Source: Candidatus Bathyarchaeota archaeon (GTDB taxonomy: Archaea > Thermoproteota > Bathyarchaeia > Bathyarchaeales > Bathycorpusculaceae). Taken from it: a stretch of 64,000 nt of DNA. The first letter of the stretch is position 1. Every line of letters begins with the position of its first letter. Position numbers and translations under genes: made by a program. Below the pieces are notes generated by a model. It saw only the letters and a program-made list of their open reading frames with translations, was not told where the DNA came from and made no database searches. The stretch spans positions 128,001 to 192,000 of the forward strand of contig CAWGZR010000004.1 in the NCBI GenBank assembly GCA_963827165.1, read 5' to 3'. Positions 10,607-21,016 of this stretch are shown one piece after another.

Positions 10607-10744
10607 TTACCTATACTTATGAGAATTAGATAAAACACAAACCCTGTTGTTGACAAAGTCCTTCTCAGTGAGATCCTTAGTGAATTCTTCTAATTCGCTA
10701 ATAGCATCATAGATATCTTTGAAATACAACTTGAGGTTTCTCAT
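10607..10744 (-). pseudogene. Truncated HEPN (DUF86/HepT) toxin
   Basis: MRNLKLYFKDIYDAISELEEFTKDLTEKDF is the DUF86 N-terminus. It overlaps the MNT stop and ends after 45 aa without an R-x4-6-H motif. Confidence 0.7.
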
Positions 10745-11046
10745 ATGGGCGTGGCTTCTTGCAGAATTTGATCTCGAATGCTGCTTTTTATCGAGTCTTT
10801 GGGAACAAGATCTACCTTTTTGTGTAATCTCTTGATCAGGAATTCCTTAAGGTCTAGGAACTCCCAAAGGTCATAAGGCGCAGAAAAAGATACTATGAGA
10901 TCAATGTCACTGTTATTTGTCTGTTCCCCTCGCGCATAGGAGCCGAATATTTTTATCGATTCCACTTTGAAACACTCTTTAAGCGTAGGTTCCAGAACTT
11001 TGAGTTGGCATCTAATTTGATCAACTGATTTTGGCGTTTGTTTCAT
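10741..11046 (-). CDS. Minimal nucleotidyltransferase (MNT/MntA) antitoxin
   Basis: FGSYARGEQ...SDIDL...KVDLV. Confidence 0.9.
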   Translation of the reverse strand: MKQTPKSVDQIRCQLKVLEPTLKECFKVESIKIFGSYARGEQTNNSDIDLIVSFSAPYDLWEFLDLKEFLIKRLHKKVDLVPKDSIKSSIRDQILQEATPI

Positions 11047-11102
11047 TTAGCCTACCTATTTTACTAGCTTATTCTAGTTGTTTATCCTTAAAACGCTTTC
11101 AC

Positions 11103-11322
11103 TTAATGATTTCTTCGCGATCTAGGCAATTAGATGCGTATGACAATGCGGCCCTATGTCCTCTTTTTTCAAATCGGGATAGTCTTCTAATATTTCAGTT
11201 TCCGTGGCACCGTTCGCTAAGAGTTGAGTAATAAGATTAACCGTGATGCGAGTACTTTTGATGACTGGCTTGCCAACCATTATTTCAGGGTCTATAATGA
11301 TCCTGTCCATCAGCTCGTCCAT
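11103..11322 (-). pseudogene. DUF433 protein, frameshifted near the C-terminus
   Basis: RIIIDPEIMVGKPVIKSTRITV...YPDL..EDI. The expected AALSYA...EEIIK* tail continues in another frame (1-nt deletion near 11155). Confidence 0.75.
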
Positions 11323-11760
11323 TCAAATCACTTGTTCTTATTGACGTTATCAGAGAATGTCTTATCGGCTGGGAAATATATGAGGATATACAAGAATGTT
11401 AATATTTCCGAATTTAAAGAGCCATTGGCTACCCAGAGTCAAAAAACCTTCCCGAATGCCGCAAAAAAAGGAACGGCAAACCAAATAATTGGAGTCTTTT
11501 AGCCGAAGCCAAAACTTGACTTTACATCACAATTCCAACGTAGGTGTGCTTGCGTTTGCGCCTCTCAAAGGAAACTAAAAAGGATAGGTGTTGTCGTTGG
11601 CAGCAGAAAACTTAAGGGCGATTTCACCGTAGCGGATGAATGACGTGATAGACCTCGAGCCCAATGCTCAACCTTACAAAGGGGGGATGGGGGCGCGTTA
11701 AAGCGTTCACGGCAATTCTTATAAACTAACAGAATATTTAACTTCAGTGCTCGATTAGGT

Positions 11761-11838
11761 GGGCCGGTAGCTCAGCACGGCTGGAGCGTTCGACTGATAA
11801 TCGAAAGGTCGGCAGTTCAAATCCGCCTCGGCCCACCA
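11761..11838 (+). tRNA. tRNA-Ile(GAT)
   Basis: GGGCCGGTAGCTCAG...TTCGA-CT-GAT-AA-TCGAA...GTTCAAATC...CGGCCCACCA. Confidence 0.95.
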
Positions 11839-11848
11839 CTTTCAATAA

Positions 11849-12172
11849 TCATTTGCTGATCTTTTTTATTTGTTCATGGAATTTGTTGGCGATGTAATCA
11901 TATTCATGCGAGTCGGCGAACCTGTACCATTGGTTCCAGTAGTAGCTGTTTGCTTTTTGCTGCAAGTCTTTTCTGTGCGATAGTTCTTCCCGCGTCAGGG
12001 GGTTTTTAAGGAAATGGATTTTTCGGTTCAGTCTGTAAAGTTCCAGAAAAGTCAGTAACAGTAGAAAAGCTCCTATAGGGTAAGCTTTCGCGGCAAAACA
12101 AAGATAAGCGAGAGCTATTTCTATGAGAAGATACAGTGCGCTAAGAAAGAACGATGTTTTGATGTGCCGCAT
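11849..12172 (-). CDS. Hypothetical membrane protein
   Basis: Two N-terminal hydrophobic helices. Confidence 0.55.
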   Translation of the reverse strand: MRHIKTSFFLSALYLLIEIALAYLCFAAKAYPIGAFLLLLTFLELYRLNRKIHFLKNPLTREELSHRKDLQQKANSYYWNQWYRFADSHEYDYIANKFHEQIKKISK

Positions 12173-12266
12173 AGCCTATCCTGTTGTTGTCATATGTATT
12201 TATTTTTTTAGCACCCAGCCATTTCCAAATCTGTCAGCGAATCGATGAACATCTTTGCCGACCTAC

Positions 12267-13184
12267 TTATTTCTCAAGGTCTCTTAGCGTTGGACTAATC
12301 GGCTTCTCTAAAGGCATAATCTGTATGATTACAGGTTTTTTTGAGCGCGAGCCAAAATTTATAGCGTAAACTTTTGATAGCTCAGCTCCGAAGAATGCGA
12401 TTTGGTTGAGGATGTAAATCCACAGCAAGATGATAAAGAGTGAGCCTGCGGCGCCGACGATTGTGGTCACGGTGAAGGTTGCAATGTAGGTTCCGATGAT
12501 ATAGTTTGTCACTGTGAAAGCTCCTCCCGCGACCAAGGCCGCCAGGGTTACGTCTTTCCAGCGGACTTTAGCCTCGGGAATCATTTTGTATACAATGGCG
12601 AAAAGCAGTGTAGATAGGGCGAACGAAACGATGACTTGGGCAAACATGAGGGAAATGTGTGTTAGAACGATATTTATCGATAACAACCGTATCGCGTCAA
12701 ACAGGAAAGTGGCGATCTGCGCTGAAGCCACCACGATTAAACCAAGAGAGGAGACAAGAACAAACGGACCAATCCAACGTCTAATTTTGCCCGTTAATCT
12801 TCTGCTCCGCAGCGGCTTGTACTCCCAAATAGTGTCCATCGTGTCCCGTAAAACCGCAAAGGCTCCTACTCGCACCCCCAAAGAAAAAGCCACAACGGTA
12901 ACGGAAGTCCAAAGAGACATAAATGGCGATGAAGCATTTGCAAGCAAAACCCTAAATAATTCTGCGATTGCGGGTCCAGCGAATGCACTTATTTGTTGAA
13001 TCAACAATTGGAAGGCTTGAGCTTGCCCATAGAATAACGAGAAAATCGAAACCACAATTAGCAACAACGACGGAAGGGGCAGAATTATGAAAAAAGTCAA
13101 TGCCGCGGCTCTAAGCGGTATGCTGTCTTCTCGCCAATCCCTAAGAGAAGTACCGAACAATTGCGTTACGTCTTTTCGGTTCAT
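12267..13184 (-). CDS. YihY/BrkB family membrane protein
   Basis: AAALTFF..LPLP, IYKMIP, GAAGSLFIILLWIY...FGAEL. Confidence 0.88.
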   Translation of the reverse strand: MNRKDVTQLFGTSLRDWREDSIPLRAAALTFFIILPLPSLLLIVVSIFSLFYGQAQAFQLLIQQISAFAGPAIAELFRVLLANASSPFMSLWTSVTVVAFSLGVRVGAFAVLRDTMDTIWEYKPLRSRRLTGKIRRWIGPFVLVSSLGLIVVASAQIATFLFDAIRLLSINIVLTHISLMFAQVIVSFALSTLLFAIVYKMIPEAKVRWKDVTLAALVAGGAFTVTNYIIGTYIATFTVTTIVGAAGSLFIILLWIYILNQIAFFGAELSKVYAINFGSRSKKPVIIQIMPLEKPISPTLRDLEK

Positions 13185-13371
13185 GCAACTATCCTAAAAC
13201 CTAATTAAAATACCCTCTCAGGTTCACCAACCATTGTAGCGTGTATATTTCTATGTGGGAGTAAAAGCGCAACCACAAACATGCAAGAAAAGGATCCATC
13301 CACTGAACCTAAAGCTGAAATTTAACCTCCAAAAAAGCGGTTGCTTCGTTAAACTCAACAATTTTGAGTGG

Positions 13372-14529
13372 TTAGCTTGACTTTTCATCTTTCTTTTTCT
13401 TACGGCCAGTCTTAATGATGACGCTCACTTGGACACTGCCAGCTTCAGGCTCTTCTTGTTCCGACGCCGCTTCGACTTTCGCAGAGGATGAATCCTCACT
13501 TTTGGCTGCGTTTTCATTATTCCCAGATGGAACAATCGCGGATTGCTTGAACTCCTCAATCACCGCAGCCGTTTCCGCTTTTTCTTTCGTTTCTTCAGTC
13601 AGACCCTTTGTCGCCACTTCAATTTGCTCGTCGACCTTCTCGAAAGATTCCAAGAGTTTCTCCGCTTTCCCGGATAAATGGAAAGATGGGTGCGGCCCCA
13701 CTGTTGTTGCATAGACTTTGGAGATTTCGGCGCCGAAAAGCATAATCTGATTTAGTATGTATATCCAGAGAAGAATAATCAAGAGCGAACCCGCGGCGCC
13801 AGCGATTGTTGAGACATGGAAAGTTTGAATGTACCAACCGAGTACGTAATTGACTACGGTGAATGCAACGCCAGCCAATATCGCGGGGAAAGCCACATCT
13901 TCCCAATGCACTCTTCTTTCTGGAAGAACCTTGTAGATTATGGCGAAAAGCAGAGTCGATAAACCAAACGACAACAAGATCTGGGTTGCAGTAAGAGTAA
14001 TCAACGTTAGCGTTCCGTTTATTGAGTAGAATTTGATTGCGTCAAACAAAGCTTCTGAAATAACCGTTCCCGCGATGACAACCAATCCGAGAGAAGAAAC
14101 CAGCAAGAACGGCCCGATTGTATCCCTGACTCTGACGGAAATCTTCTTTGTTTGAGGCAATTTAACCGCCCAAACAACATTCATTGTGTCTCTTAAAATT
14201 GCGAAGGTGCCGATTGCTCCAGCTAAAGAGAATCCAACCACAGTGATCGCTGCCCAAACAGAGGTGAAAGGCGACGTCGCACTTGCCAAGAGTTCATTGA
14301 ACAATTGAGCGACGACGGGTCCTGCAAGCGAACTTATTAGCTGAACTAGTTGTTGGGTTGCTTGGCTTTGACCGTAGAACTGCGCAAGAAGAGTCACAAC
14401 AATCAGCAAAAGAGACGGCAGAGGCAAGATTATGAAGAAGGTTAAAGCAGCTGCCCGTATAGGTGCGTTGTCACCCGCCCATCCTTTGAATGAAGTTAGA
14501 AACAAGTCAACAAGCTGATTTCGATTCAT
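13372..14529 (-). CDS. YihY/BrkB family membrane protein (tandem paralogue with acidic tail)
   Basis: Same motifs as the adjacent gene and clearly paralogous to it. Confidence 0.88.
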   Translation of the reverse strand: MNRNQLVDLFLTSFKGWAGDNAPIRAAALTFFIILPLPSLLLIVVTLLAQFYGQSQATQQLVQLISSLAGPVVAQLFNELLASATSPFTSVWAAITVVGFSLAGAIGTFAILRDTMNVVWAVKLPQTKKISVRVRDTIGPFLLVSSLGLVVIAGTVISEALFDAIKFYSINGTLTLITLTATQILLSFGLSTLLFAIIYKVLPERRVHWEDVAFPAILAGVAFTVVNYVLGWYIQTFHVSTIAGAAGSLLIILLWIYILNQIMLFGAEISKVYATTVGPHPSFHLSGKAEKLLESFEKVDEQIEVATKGLTEETKEKAETAAVIEEFKQSAIVPSGNNENAAKSEDSSSAKVEAASEQEEPEAGSVQVSVIIKTGRKKKKDEKSS

Positions 14530-14699
14530 AATTTAACCTGAAAACTCTTTAAAAAACGTCTAAATTCTCAAGTACCTTCGGCGCTTATATTTATATTGCG
14601 GTAAAAGGGCAGGCATGGAAGCCCTGTTTCCCGGTTTATTAGGAACCGAAAGGCTTAAAATAAAAAACAAAAGAATAATCAATTAAGGAGTTTTTTGTT

Positions 14700-15080
14700 T
14701 TGACATCAGATGATGAAATTCTTGCAGAGTTAAAGAAAATTAGAGAAGCCGTTGAAAAGGGTCCGCCTCCAACGCCGCCGAAAGGATTATGGAACGAGTT
14801 CAAAGAATTTCTAAAATCGTACAAAGTTCTTGGCTTAGCAGTTGCGTTCGTCTTGGGTTTGTATCTTGGCGCTTTGGTTCAATCAGTCGTTAAAGACTTC
14901 ATAATTCCGCTCTTGGGCTTAGCGATTCCAGGCTTGACAAACTTAGCTACCTATATGACTTCAGTTGGGAAACAGTCGTTTGGCATCGGCGACTTTCTAG
15001 TGGCGCTGATCACTTTCATTATAGTGGCACTAATAGTGTTCCTAATAGTGAAAATCGCCAAAAGAATGAAAATCGACTAA
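14700..15080 (+). CDS. mscL: Large-conductance mechanosensitive channel
   Basis: EFKEFL...VLGLAVAFVLG...V.DFIIP...GDFLVALITFII. Confidence 0.88.
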   Translation: MTSDDEILAELKKIREAVEKGPPPTPPKGLWNEFKEFLKSYKVLGLAVAFVLGLYLGALVQSVVKDFIIPLLGLAIPGLTNLATYMTSVGKQSFGIGDFLVALITFIIVALIVFLIVKIAKRMKID

Positions 15081-15254
15081 ATTCGAAATCTATTTTTCCT
15101 TTTCTTTTTTTTGAAAATCAACGGCGCGCGAATTTTTTTAGAAAAATCGTCGATACTGCATTCTCTAAAGTGCTCAACAGGCTCAAGGTAACGGTCAAAT
15201 TTCCAAGATTTTGGGTCTTTCTCGCCGACTTTAACGGTACTCTATTAAGCATGG

Positions 15255-16280
15255 ATGAAAGTTCTTAGACTGAAAAGCATGCCTCAACCCTCACCCGAAA
15301 CAGTCTGGGAATCCAGCAAAAAAGAACTTTTAGCCATGCTGGAATCGGGTTCTTTATCCCCTTTAACCCAGGAAATCCGTTTCTACGCGCCCAGCTTTAC
15401 CTACTACAAAACAAAGTATTTTTGTTCGTCGTCATCGAGTTTCCCGACGATTTCTGTGACAGGCACGAGCTGCGCTTTGAATTGCAAACATTGCGGAGGC
15501 AAAGTTCTTGAAACCATGCAGGCTGCACTTCAGCCAGACGAATTATTCGAATTATGTTCCAATCTTAAACGGGATGGGGCTAGGGGCTGTCTTGTCAGTG
15601 GCGGATGCTTGCCCGATGGATCTGTGCCTCTTGACAGGTTCGTGGAAGCGCTTGGGAAAATCAAGAGGGAACTCGGCTTAACCGTTTTCGTTCACACAGG
15701 AATAATAAAACCTCAAACAGCCGCTGAACTCAAAAAGTCGGGGGTCGATGCGGCTTTGATTGATGTCATAGGCTCTGAAGAAACGACTAGAAAAGTCCTC
15801 AATCTAAACGTAACCCCAAAAGACTACGAGGATTCTCTGTTCGCTCTAGAAAAGACAGGGATCAATTTTGTGCCGCATGTTATTGTTGGGCTAAACGAAG
15901 GCAAATTAAACGGCGAATTAGAATCCCTCAAAATGATAGCTGCAGTTAAGCCCTCTGCTTTGGTCATAATAGCGTTTATGCCCATTCATGGAACAGCCAT
16001 GGAGAAAACTGCGCCGCCAAATCCTGAAGACATAGCCAGAGTCGCCGCCACGGCGCGACTAATGTTCCCCAAGACGCCGCTGATTCTAGGCTGTATGAGG
16101 CCCAAAGGCAAAGCTTGTGTTGAAACCGATGTTTTAGCGTTGAAAGCGGGGGTGGACGCGGTAGCCTTCCCGAGTGAAAACGCGGTTGAATATGCTCGAA
16201 ACAAGGGGTGGAAGACTTCGTTTTCATCTTTTTGCTGCGCACAAATGTATTTGTATGCAGCTGGGAAAGCAGAAGAGTAA
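15255..16280 (+). CDS. lipS1: Radical SAM protein, archaeal lipoyl synthase LipS1-like
   Basis: CALNCKHC plus the LGCMRP and C-terminal CC motifs described for LipS1. Confidence 0.72.
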   Translation: MKVLRLKSMPQPSPETVWESSKKELLAMLESGSLSPLTQEIRFYAPSFTYYKTKYFCSSSSSFPTISVTGTSCALNCKHCGGKVLETMQAALQPDELFELCSNLKRDGARGCLVSGGCLPDGSVPLDRFVEALGKIKRELGLTVFVHTGIIKPQTAAELKKSGVDAALIDVIGSEETTRKVLNLNVTPKDYEDSLFALEKTGINFVPHVIVGLNEGKLNGELESLKMIAAVKPSALVIIAFMPIHGTAMEKTAPPNPEDIARVAATARLMFPKTPLILGCMRPKGKACVETDVLALKAGVDAVAFPSENAVEYARNKGWKTSFSSFCCAQMYLYAAGKAEE

Positions 16281-16883
16281 TCAATCTTTGGTTTGCTTTA
16301 GGATTCTGTAGCCGACGGCGATGGCCCATGCTGAAACAGCAAGTGCTGAAATTGTTTCTGGAATCGCTACATTCGGGGCATACCGGAATGCTGCCAGTAT
16401 TATCCATGGCATAGCGGCGATAATCCCGACGGCGAGAGTGGAAAACGCTGATCGTTTCTGATGTGAAAGGGCAAAAGCACATGTAATAATGAAAAGTGAA
16501 ATTGGAGTTAAAACAAAGAATGCGACTGAAAAGGCGAAGTGGGTTCCAGAGAAGCTTTCGTTAAAGATGCCGATGCAAATAAGGGCCACGGTAGCTGCGG
16601 CAAATGTTAAGGCGCCTGCTTTGCCAACAAGGGTTTTCCCAAGATAGCCGTATAAACCAAAAAGCGCAGAAACTAACCCCAAAAAACCGCTTGTATAGAG
16701 CCCGAAGTTGAAAAGCGGGCCAGTGAAGCCTTTTACCACGCCTAAATCGCTTAGGGCATTGTTTGTCCAGCTGAACGAGGGGTAAGACGCGATGGCTAAA
16801 AGAATGCAGGTGAACGCGAGCACAGGAGCTAAAATCCCCGCTACAGCACCCAACTTTTGTCTACCCTTGTTCCCGAAAACCAA
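16281..16883 (-). CDS. DUF998 family membrane protein
   Basis: FSWTNNALSDLG...FN, GIFNE...H, PE; multi-pass membrane. Confidence 0.78.
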   Translation of the reverse strand: MVFGNKGRQKLGAVAGILAPVLAFTCILLAIASYPSFSWTNNALSDLGVVKGFTGPLFNFGLYTSGFLGLVSALFGLYGYLGKTLVGKAGALTFAAATVALICIGIFNESFSGTHFAFSVAFFVLTPISLFIITCAFALSHQKRSAFSTLAVGIIAAMPWIILAAFRYAPNVAIPETISALAVSAWAIAVGYRILKQTKD

Positions 16884-17262
16884 CTTGAATCCCTAAGCAA
16901 CTTTAATGGCGGCAAACTGCTTTAAGAATTTGCGCCCCTCCACAGCTACATTGGATACCAAATTACCCGCCCGTAAAACAAGCAATAATCCAACGCAGTC
17001 GGCGAGACTGAGAATTCACTGAAAAAGAAACCAAGCTGATGCTGCAAGGCACATCTCCCGCATAACTTTGTGCAGACAAAGTTGAAAGATAAAAACTCTC
17101 AGCCTCACGGAATATATCAAAGAATAGCCACGTAATCTAGGCGCACTTCTCAACAGGAGATAACATAAGGAACCACAAAAGCCGCGGAAAAAACAGCCTT
17201 TTAAGCAGCTTTTTGCAAACCAAAAGCGAAAGGTTAATAATGGAATGTTTAGGTGTAATGTT

Positions 17263-17386
17263 TGGTTTGCCGGTCAAAGGGCACGGGTTCCACCTGATCC
17301 CATTCCGAACTCAGAAGTTAAACCGTGTTCCGTTTCCAGCTGTAGTGTGGTCTTCGGCCATGTGAACCTGGGAAAGCTGGCAACCA
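17263..17386 (+). rRNA. rrf: 5S rRNA (stand-alone)
   Basis: CACCTGATCCCATTCCGAACTCAGAAGTTAAAC core, complementary ends, upstream TATA-like box and downstream T-tract. Confidence 0.93.
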
Positions 17387-17468
17387 CTTTTCTTCCTAAA
17401 ATTATGTGGGTAGATTTGGCATAGCTTTATAACTGAGATTTAATGTTTTTTGAGAAGTGGTGTAATAA

Positions 17469-18638
17469 TTGAGTCTTATTCCTATCATCGACGCGTTTAC
17501 GCGGGTAATGGCTGTAGCGCTACCGGTTCATGCAAGTCAACTCGGTGGCAGCTCAAATACATGGCTCACATATCTGAGTCTTCTCTCATACGTGTTCTTC
17601 ATCGTTCTGATCTTCTATGGTCAAAGAATCCAAATGTACGTTATGATCCGCGAGGTAGAAAACTCGCTTCATAAACTCAAGTACATCAAGGAAGAAGGCC
17701 GAAAAGCCACTATAGAAGCCATTAAAGAAATCGGCAAACCAACCGAAGATCCATCCGCACGCGTAGACCGATTCTTAGAGTACTTCACCATTGGCCCTCA
17801 AGGCATGGATCCAGCCGGGGTCGTCTACAAGCTCGATCACATCCTTGACGTCAGAGACGAACGCATGAAAGATGAAGTCAAACTCATGGCTCCATCAAGC
17901 GACGAAGTCCAAGTAAACAATTTAGAAAACACTTTGGAAGCCGCGATGGCTCTCAACTTCATCTACAAAGTAGTGAGACATTACTACATCCAAGGCAAGA
18001 AAACCCTAAGCCTCTACGTCATAATGCAGCTACAAATGATATTGCCCATGGTCATGAAAGAAGCCGAAGCATACGCAAGTGCACTTAAAGCCTTCGCCTA
18101 TGGACAACCAATCGGAGACGGAGCGGGCCCACTGATAGCGGCAAAACTCATGCGCGGCTACGAAACACGCAAAGTACAAAAAGACTGCGTTGTGGCAACT
18201 GTTCCATTCGCAGGACGCACAGCCTTAGTCTTAAAAGCTGAAGGACCAGGCGGCAACGTCGGCAAGCCAGGTGACGCCGTTGAAACAGTCATAGAGGAAA
18301 ACGAAGGCAAAATCGCAATGCTACTAATGATTGACGCAGGCTTAAAGTTGGAGGGCGAAGACGTCGGCGAAGTTGCAGAAGGAATCGGAGCGGCAATCGG
18401 CGGACCAGGCGTTGACCAATACAAGATAGAAGAGAAACTTACAAAATACAAGATTCCAAACTACGCCATAATAATCAAAGAAGACATCGGCGACGCAGTT
18501 TCACCAATGCGCAAAGAAATCAACGATGCAGTAGACAAAGCCATCGAAAGGATAAGAGCCGTTGTCCTGGAAAGAACCAAAGAAGGCGACAAAATCATAA
18601 TCGTCGGCGTCGGCAACTCCATCGGAGTCGGACAGTAA
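17469..18638 (+). CDS. DUF1512 family protein
   Basis: GQPIGDGAGP, KAEGPG, IDAGLKLEGE, GVGNSIGVGQ. Confidence 0.82.
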   Translation: MSLIPIIDAFTRVMAVALPVHASQLGGSSNTWLTYLSLLSYVFFIVLIFYGQRIQMYVMIREVENSLHKLKYIKEEGRKATIEAIKEIGKPTEDPSARVDRFLEYFTIGPQGMDPAGVVYKLDHILDVRDERMKDEVKLMAPSSDEVQVNNLENTLEAAMALNFIYKVVRHYYIQGKKTLSLYVIMQLQMILPMVMKEAEAYASALKAFAYGQPIGDGAGPLIAAKLMRGYETRKVQKDCVVATVPFAGRTALVLKAEGPGGNVGKPGDAVETVIEENEGKIAMLLMIDAGLKLEGEDVGEVAEGIGAAIGGPGVDQYKIEEKLTKYKIPNYAIIIKEDIGDAVSPMRKEINDAVDKAIERIRAVVLERTKEGDKIIIVGVGNSIGVGQ

Positions 18639-18651
18639 GGAGGAGAAGCAA

Positions 18652-19107
18652 ATGACACAAAAAAATCAACCATCAGCATCAACCCGAAAAATCTCAAATT
18701 ACATAACCATGATCGTCGTAGTCGTTATTGCGCTCGCCGCAGTAGCGATCATACTGGCAGCCAGCCTATACTACACTGGAACAACAGCTACCGGCTCAAC
18801 ACAATCAGGAGACTACGCAGCAGCAGGAGTCCTAGCAGTCATCGGCGTAATCGCTCTTTCAATGTCTACGTTCACGTTTTTCCAGTCAAGAAAGCAAGTA
18901 GCAGAAATGAAAATTGACATTCCCAAAGTAATGACAACTATCGGATGCACAACTGTAGGATGCGACGCAAAAACTATGCGGGAATTCCAGCGCGGAGACT
19001 ACGTCTACAAAGAACTTGACTCTCCATGTCAAAAATGCTCAGGCAAACAGATGATAACCGCTGTCTACAAAGAAGTCAAAGACAAAGAAAAGAAATACGC
19101 AGTCTAA
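18652..19107 (+). CDS. Membrane protein with C-terminal zinc ribbon
   Basis: Two TM segments, C..C REFQRGDYV, CQKC; lies directly after DUF1512. Confidence 0.7.
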   Translation: MTQKNQPSASTRKISNYITMIVVVVIALAAVAIILAASLYYTGTTATGSTQSGDYAAAGVLAVIGVIALSMSTFTFFQSRKQVAEMKIDIPKVMTTIGCTTVGCDAKTMREFQRGDYVYKELDSPCQKCSGKQMITAVYKEVKDKEKKYAV

Positions 19108-19113
19108 CTTAAC

Positions 19114-19374
19114 CTAAACTTTTTTGTTTTTTCTTTTTGTAAAACGAATCCCATACTTTTCTTCATCTATAGTTTTTGTGCGGCTGTCAACAAGCCCTTG
19201 TGCAATCGCTTCTCGGACGGCTTCGTTGAAAGACACGGGCTGAGGATTCGCACACTCCTTTTTTGTTAAAACAACCCATATCTCATGGTACTTCTCTTTG
19301 TTGATCTTCAGAAATCCAGCTAAATCTTCAACAGTCTTAGGCTCGTAGGAGATGGACCCTTCAGCGGATGTCAT
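19114..19374 (-). CDS. YdeI/OmdA N-terminal-like hypothetical protein
   Basis: EIWVVLTKK...SFNEAVREAIAQGLVDS...IRFTKR. Confidence 0.65.
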   Translation of the reverse strand: MTSAEGSISYEPKTVEDLAGFLKINKEKYHEIWVVLTKKECANPQPVSFNEAVREAIAQGLVDSRTKTIDEEKYGIRFTKRKNKKV

Positions 19375-19383
19375 TTCAGCCGC

Positions 19384-20298
19384 CTAAGTTAAGATTTCGC
19401 AGCCCCCTGCAGTCAGGAGCACGGTGTGTTCGGCTTGGGCTACAGGTTTCTTGCTGACTTCAACAAAAACGGGGTACTTCATTATTGCTTTTGAATCAAG
19501 AAGCTCCTTGAAAGACGGGCCATGCTGCTCTTTTGGAAGAACTCCGATTAGCCACCTTTCGGCGAACGGCAAGGTCCTAAAATTTGCTTCTATGTATTTG
19601 AGCAGTTTTTTGGCAGATTCTGTTTTAACGGATTTTGCTTTAAGAAGCCGATAAATGGTGTACTGCGGGCTATCGTCAACACGACCTACTGCGTCGGGTA
19701 AGGTAACGAAGGGTTCGATGGCGTAAACTTCTCCGGCTCTAACTTTGGCAAGCGACATTGTTTCAGCCACGTTTGGAATGGACAAGCCGGCGTGAATCAA
19801 GTATCGTCCAACGGAATGTCCAGTTAGGTTCGAGATGGGTTTGAAGCCACGGTTTCTAATCGAGGTTTCTATTAAGCTACCTATTTTTCCTATTCCCATA
19901 TCTCCATGGATATTTTCGATGGCTACTTTCAAAGCTTGCTCGGCTGTATTAGCCATTGCCTTGCCCTCAGGGTTAAAACAAGCCGTGAACGCAGTATCGG
20001 TGACGTAGCCGTCAACTTGAACTCCCAGATCAACCTTGACTGTGCAGGCTTCGGGAATACGTGATGTGTCGCCTGGTGGCGCTGTGTAATGCGCGGCAAC
20101 CTCATTTATGCTTACGTTACAGGGAAAAGCAGGTTTCCCCCCTTTGGCTCGGATCAGTCCCTCAGTTTTTTCGCAGACATCGATAATCAGCATGTTTTCT
20201 TTAACGACGGTTCTCATTTCTTCCCGTGTTTCTCGCAGAATCCGACCTGATATCCGGAATTTTTCGATTTCTTCCCTATCGTATGCCATGCCGTTCAC
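19384..20298 (-). CDS. map: Methionine aminopeptidase type II
   Basis: AFPCNVSINEVAAHYT, KVDLGVQVDGYVTDTA, NLTGH, AIEPF, QAEHT. Confidence 0.95.
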   Translation of the reverse strand: MNGMAYDREEIEKFRISGRILRETREEMRTVVKENMLIIDVCEKTEGLIRAKGGKPAFPCNVSINEVAAHYTAPPGDTSRIPEACTVKVDLGVQVDGYVTDTAFTACFNPEGKAMANTAEQALKVAIENIHGDMGIGKIGSLIETSIRNRGFKPISNLTGHSVGRYLIHAGLSIPNVAETMSLAKVRAGEVYAIEPFVTLPDAVGRVDDSPQYTIYRLLKAKSVKTESAKKLLKYIEANFRTLPFAERWLIGVLPKEQHGPSFKELLDSKAIMKYPVFVEVSKKPVAQAEHTVLLTAGGCEILT

Positions 20299-20393
20299 TT
20301 TTTCGCTGTTTGGAATTACGCAGTAGATGCTTAAATGCCTAACCTACTACAAAAAAGGGTTTTCTGAAAAGGAGATGCGACAGCCTAGGCGCC

Positions 20394-20954
20394 TTAGGGT
20401 TTGTAGGTTTTAGGGTCAAGCAACGCGAAGTTGTTTCCGCCAACATGATAGAGCACGCGGGCTTTTTTGAGGTCATAGCTTTCAGCGAAGACGCCCATGT
20501 CAGCGTAGGCTTCCACGATTTTGCCTACGAACACCGTGTGGTCGCCCGTTATGAATTTGTCTTCAACAGTGCATTCGATGTGCGCTATGCATTCTCGGAT
20601 TGCGGGGGCCTTCACTTTTTTGGCAGGCATCGGCGTCAAATTTGTCTTTTTGAATTTGTCAAAGCTTCTTCCAGTCAAGGAGCCGCATGCGTAGACGGCT
20701 TGAAGAATTTCCAACGTCGGAACGTTGATAACGAATTCGCCTGACTCTGCAATTAGCAAGTGGGAATGCCTTGTTGGAGCGAGGCTGATGGCCACAAGCG
20801 GCGGGTTAATTGAAGTCGGCATCGCCCACGCAAGAGTTGTAATGTTGGGTTTGCCAGCTTTGCCGACACATGAAACAAGAACAGTATGCATGGGATGAAG
20901 AAGCCGATAAGCTGAGGATATGATTACTTGAGTTTTCGCAGACACATAAACCAC
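20394..20954 (-). CDS. Flavin reductase / flavoredoxin family protein
   Basis: PNITTLAW, EFVINVP, DKF, APAIREC, GDHTVFVG. Confidence 0.88.
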   Translation of the reverse strand: MVYVSAKTQVIISSAYRLLHPMHTVLVSCVGKAGKPNITTLAWAMPTSINPPLVAISLAPTRHSHLLIAESGEFVINVPTLEILQAVYACGSLTGRSFDKFKKTNLTPMPAKKVKAPAIRECIAHIECTVEDKFITGDHTVFVGKIVEAYADMGVFAESYDLKKARVLYHVGGNNFALLDPKTYKP

Positions 20955-21016
20955 CTTTTACATCTAAAAATAACGCTGCGTTTTACTTATTTCTTTTTTC
21001 TTTTCAGAAGTATCTT

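Noticed and set aside
17263-17386. 5S rRNA unlinked from 16S/23S as an anomaly
   Set aside because: Stand-alone 5S genes are normal in TACK archaea.
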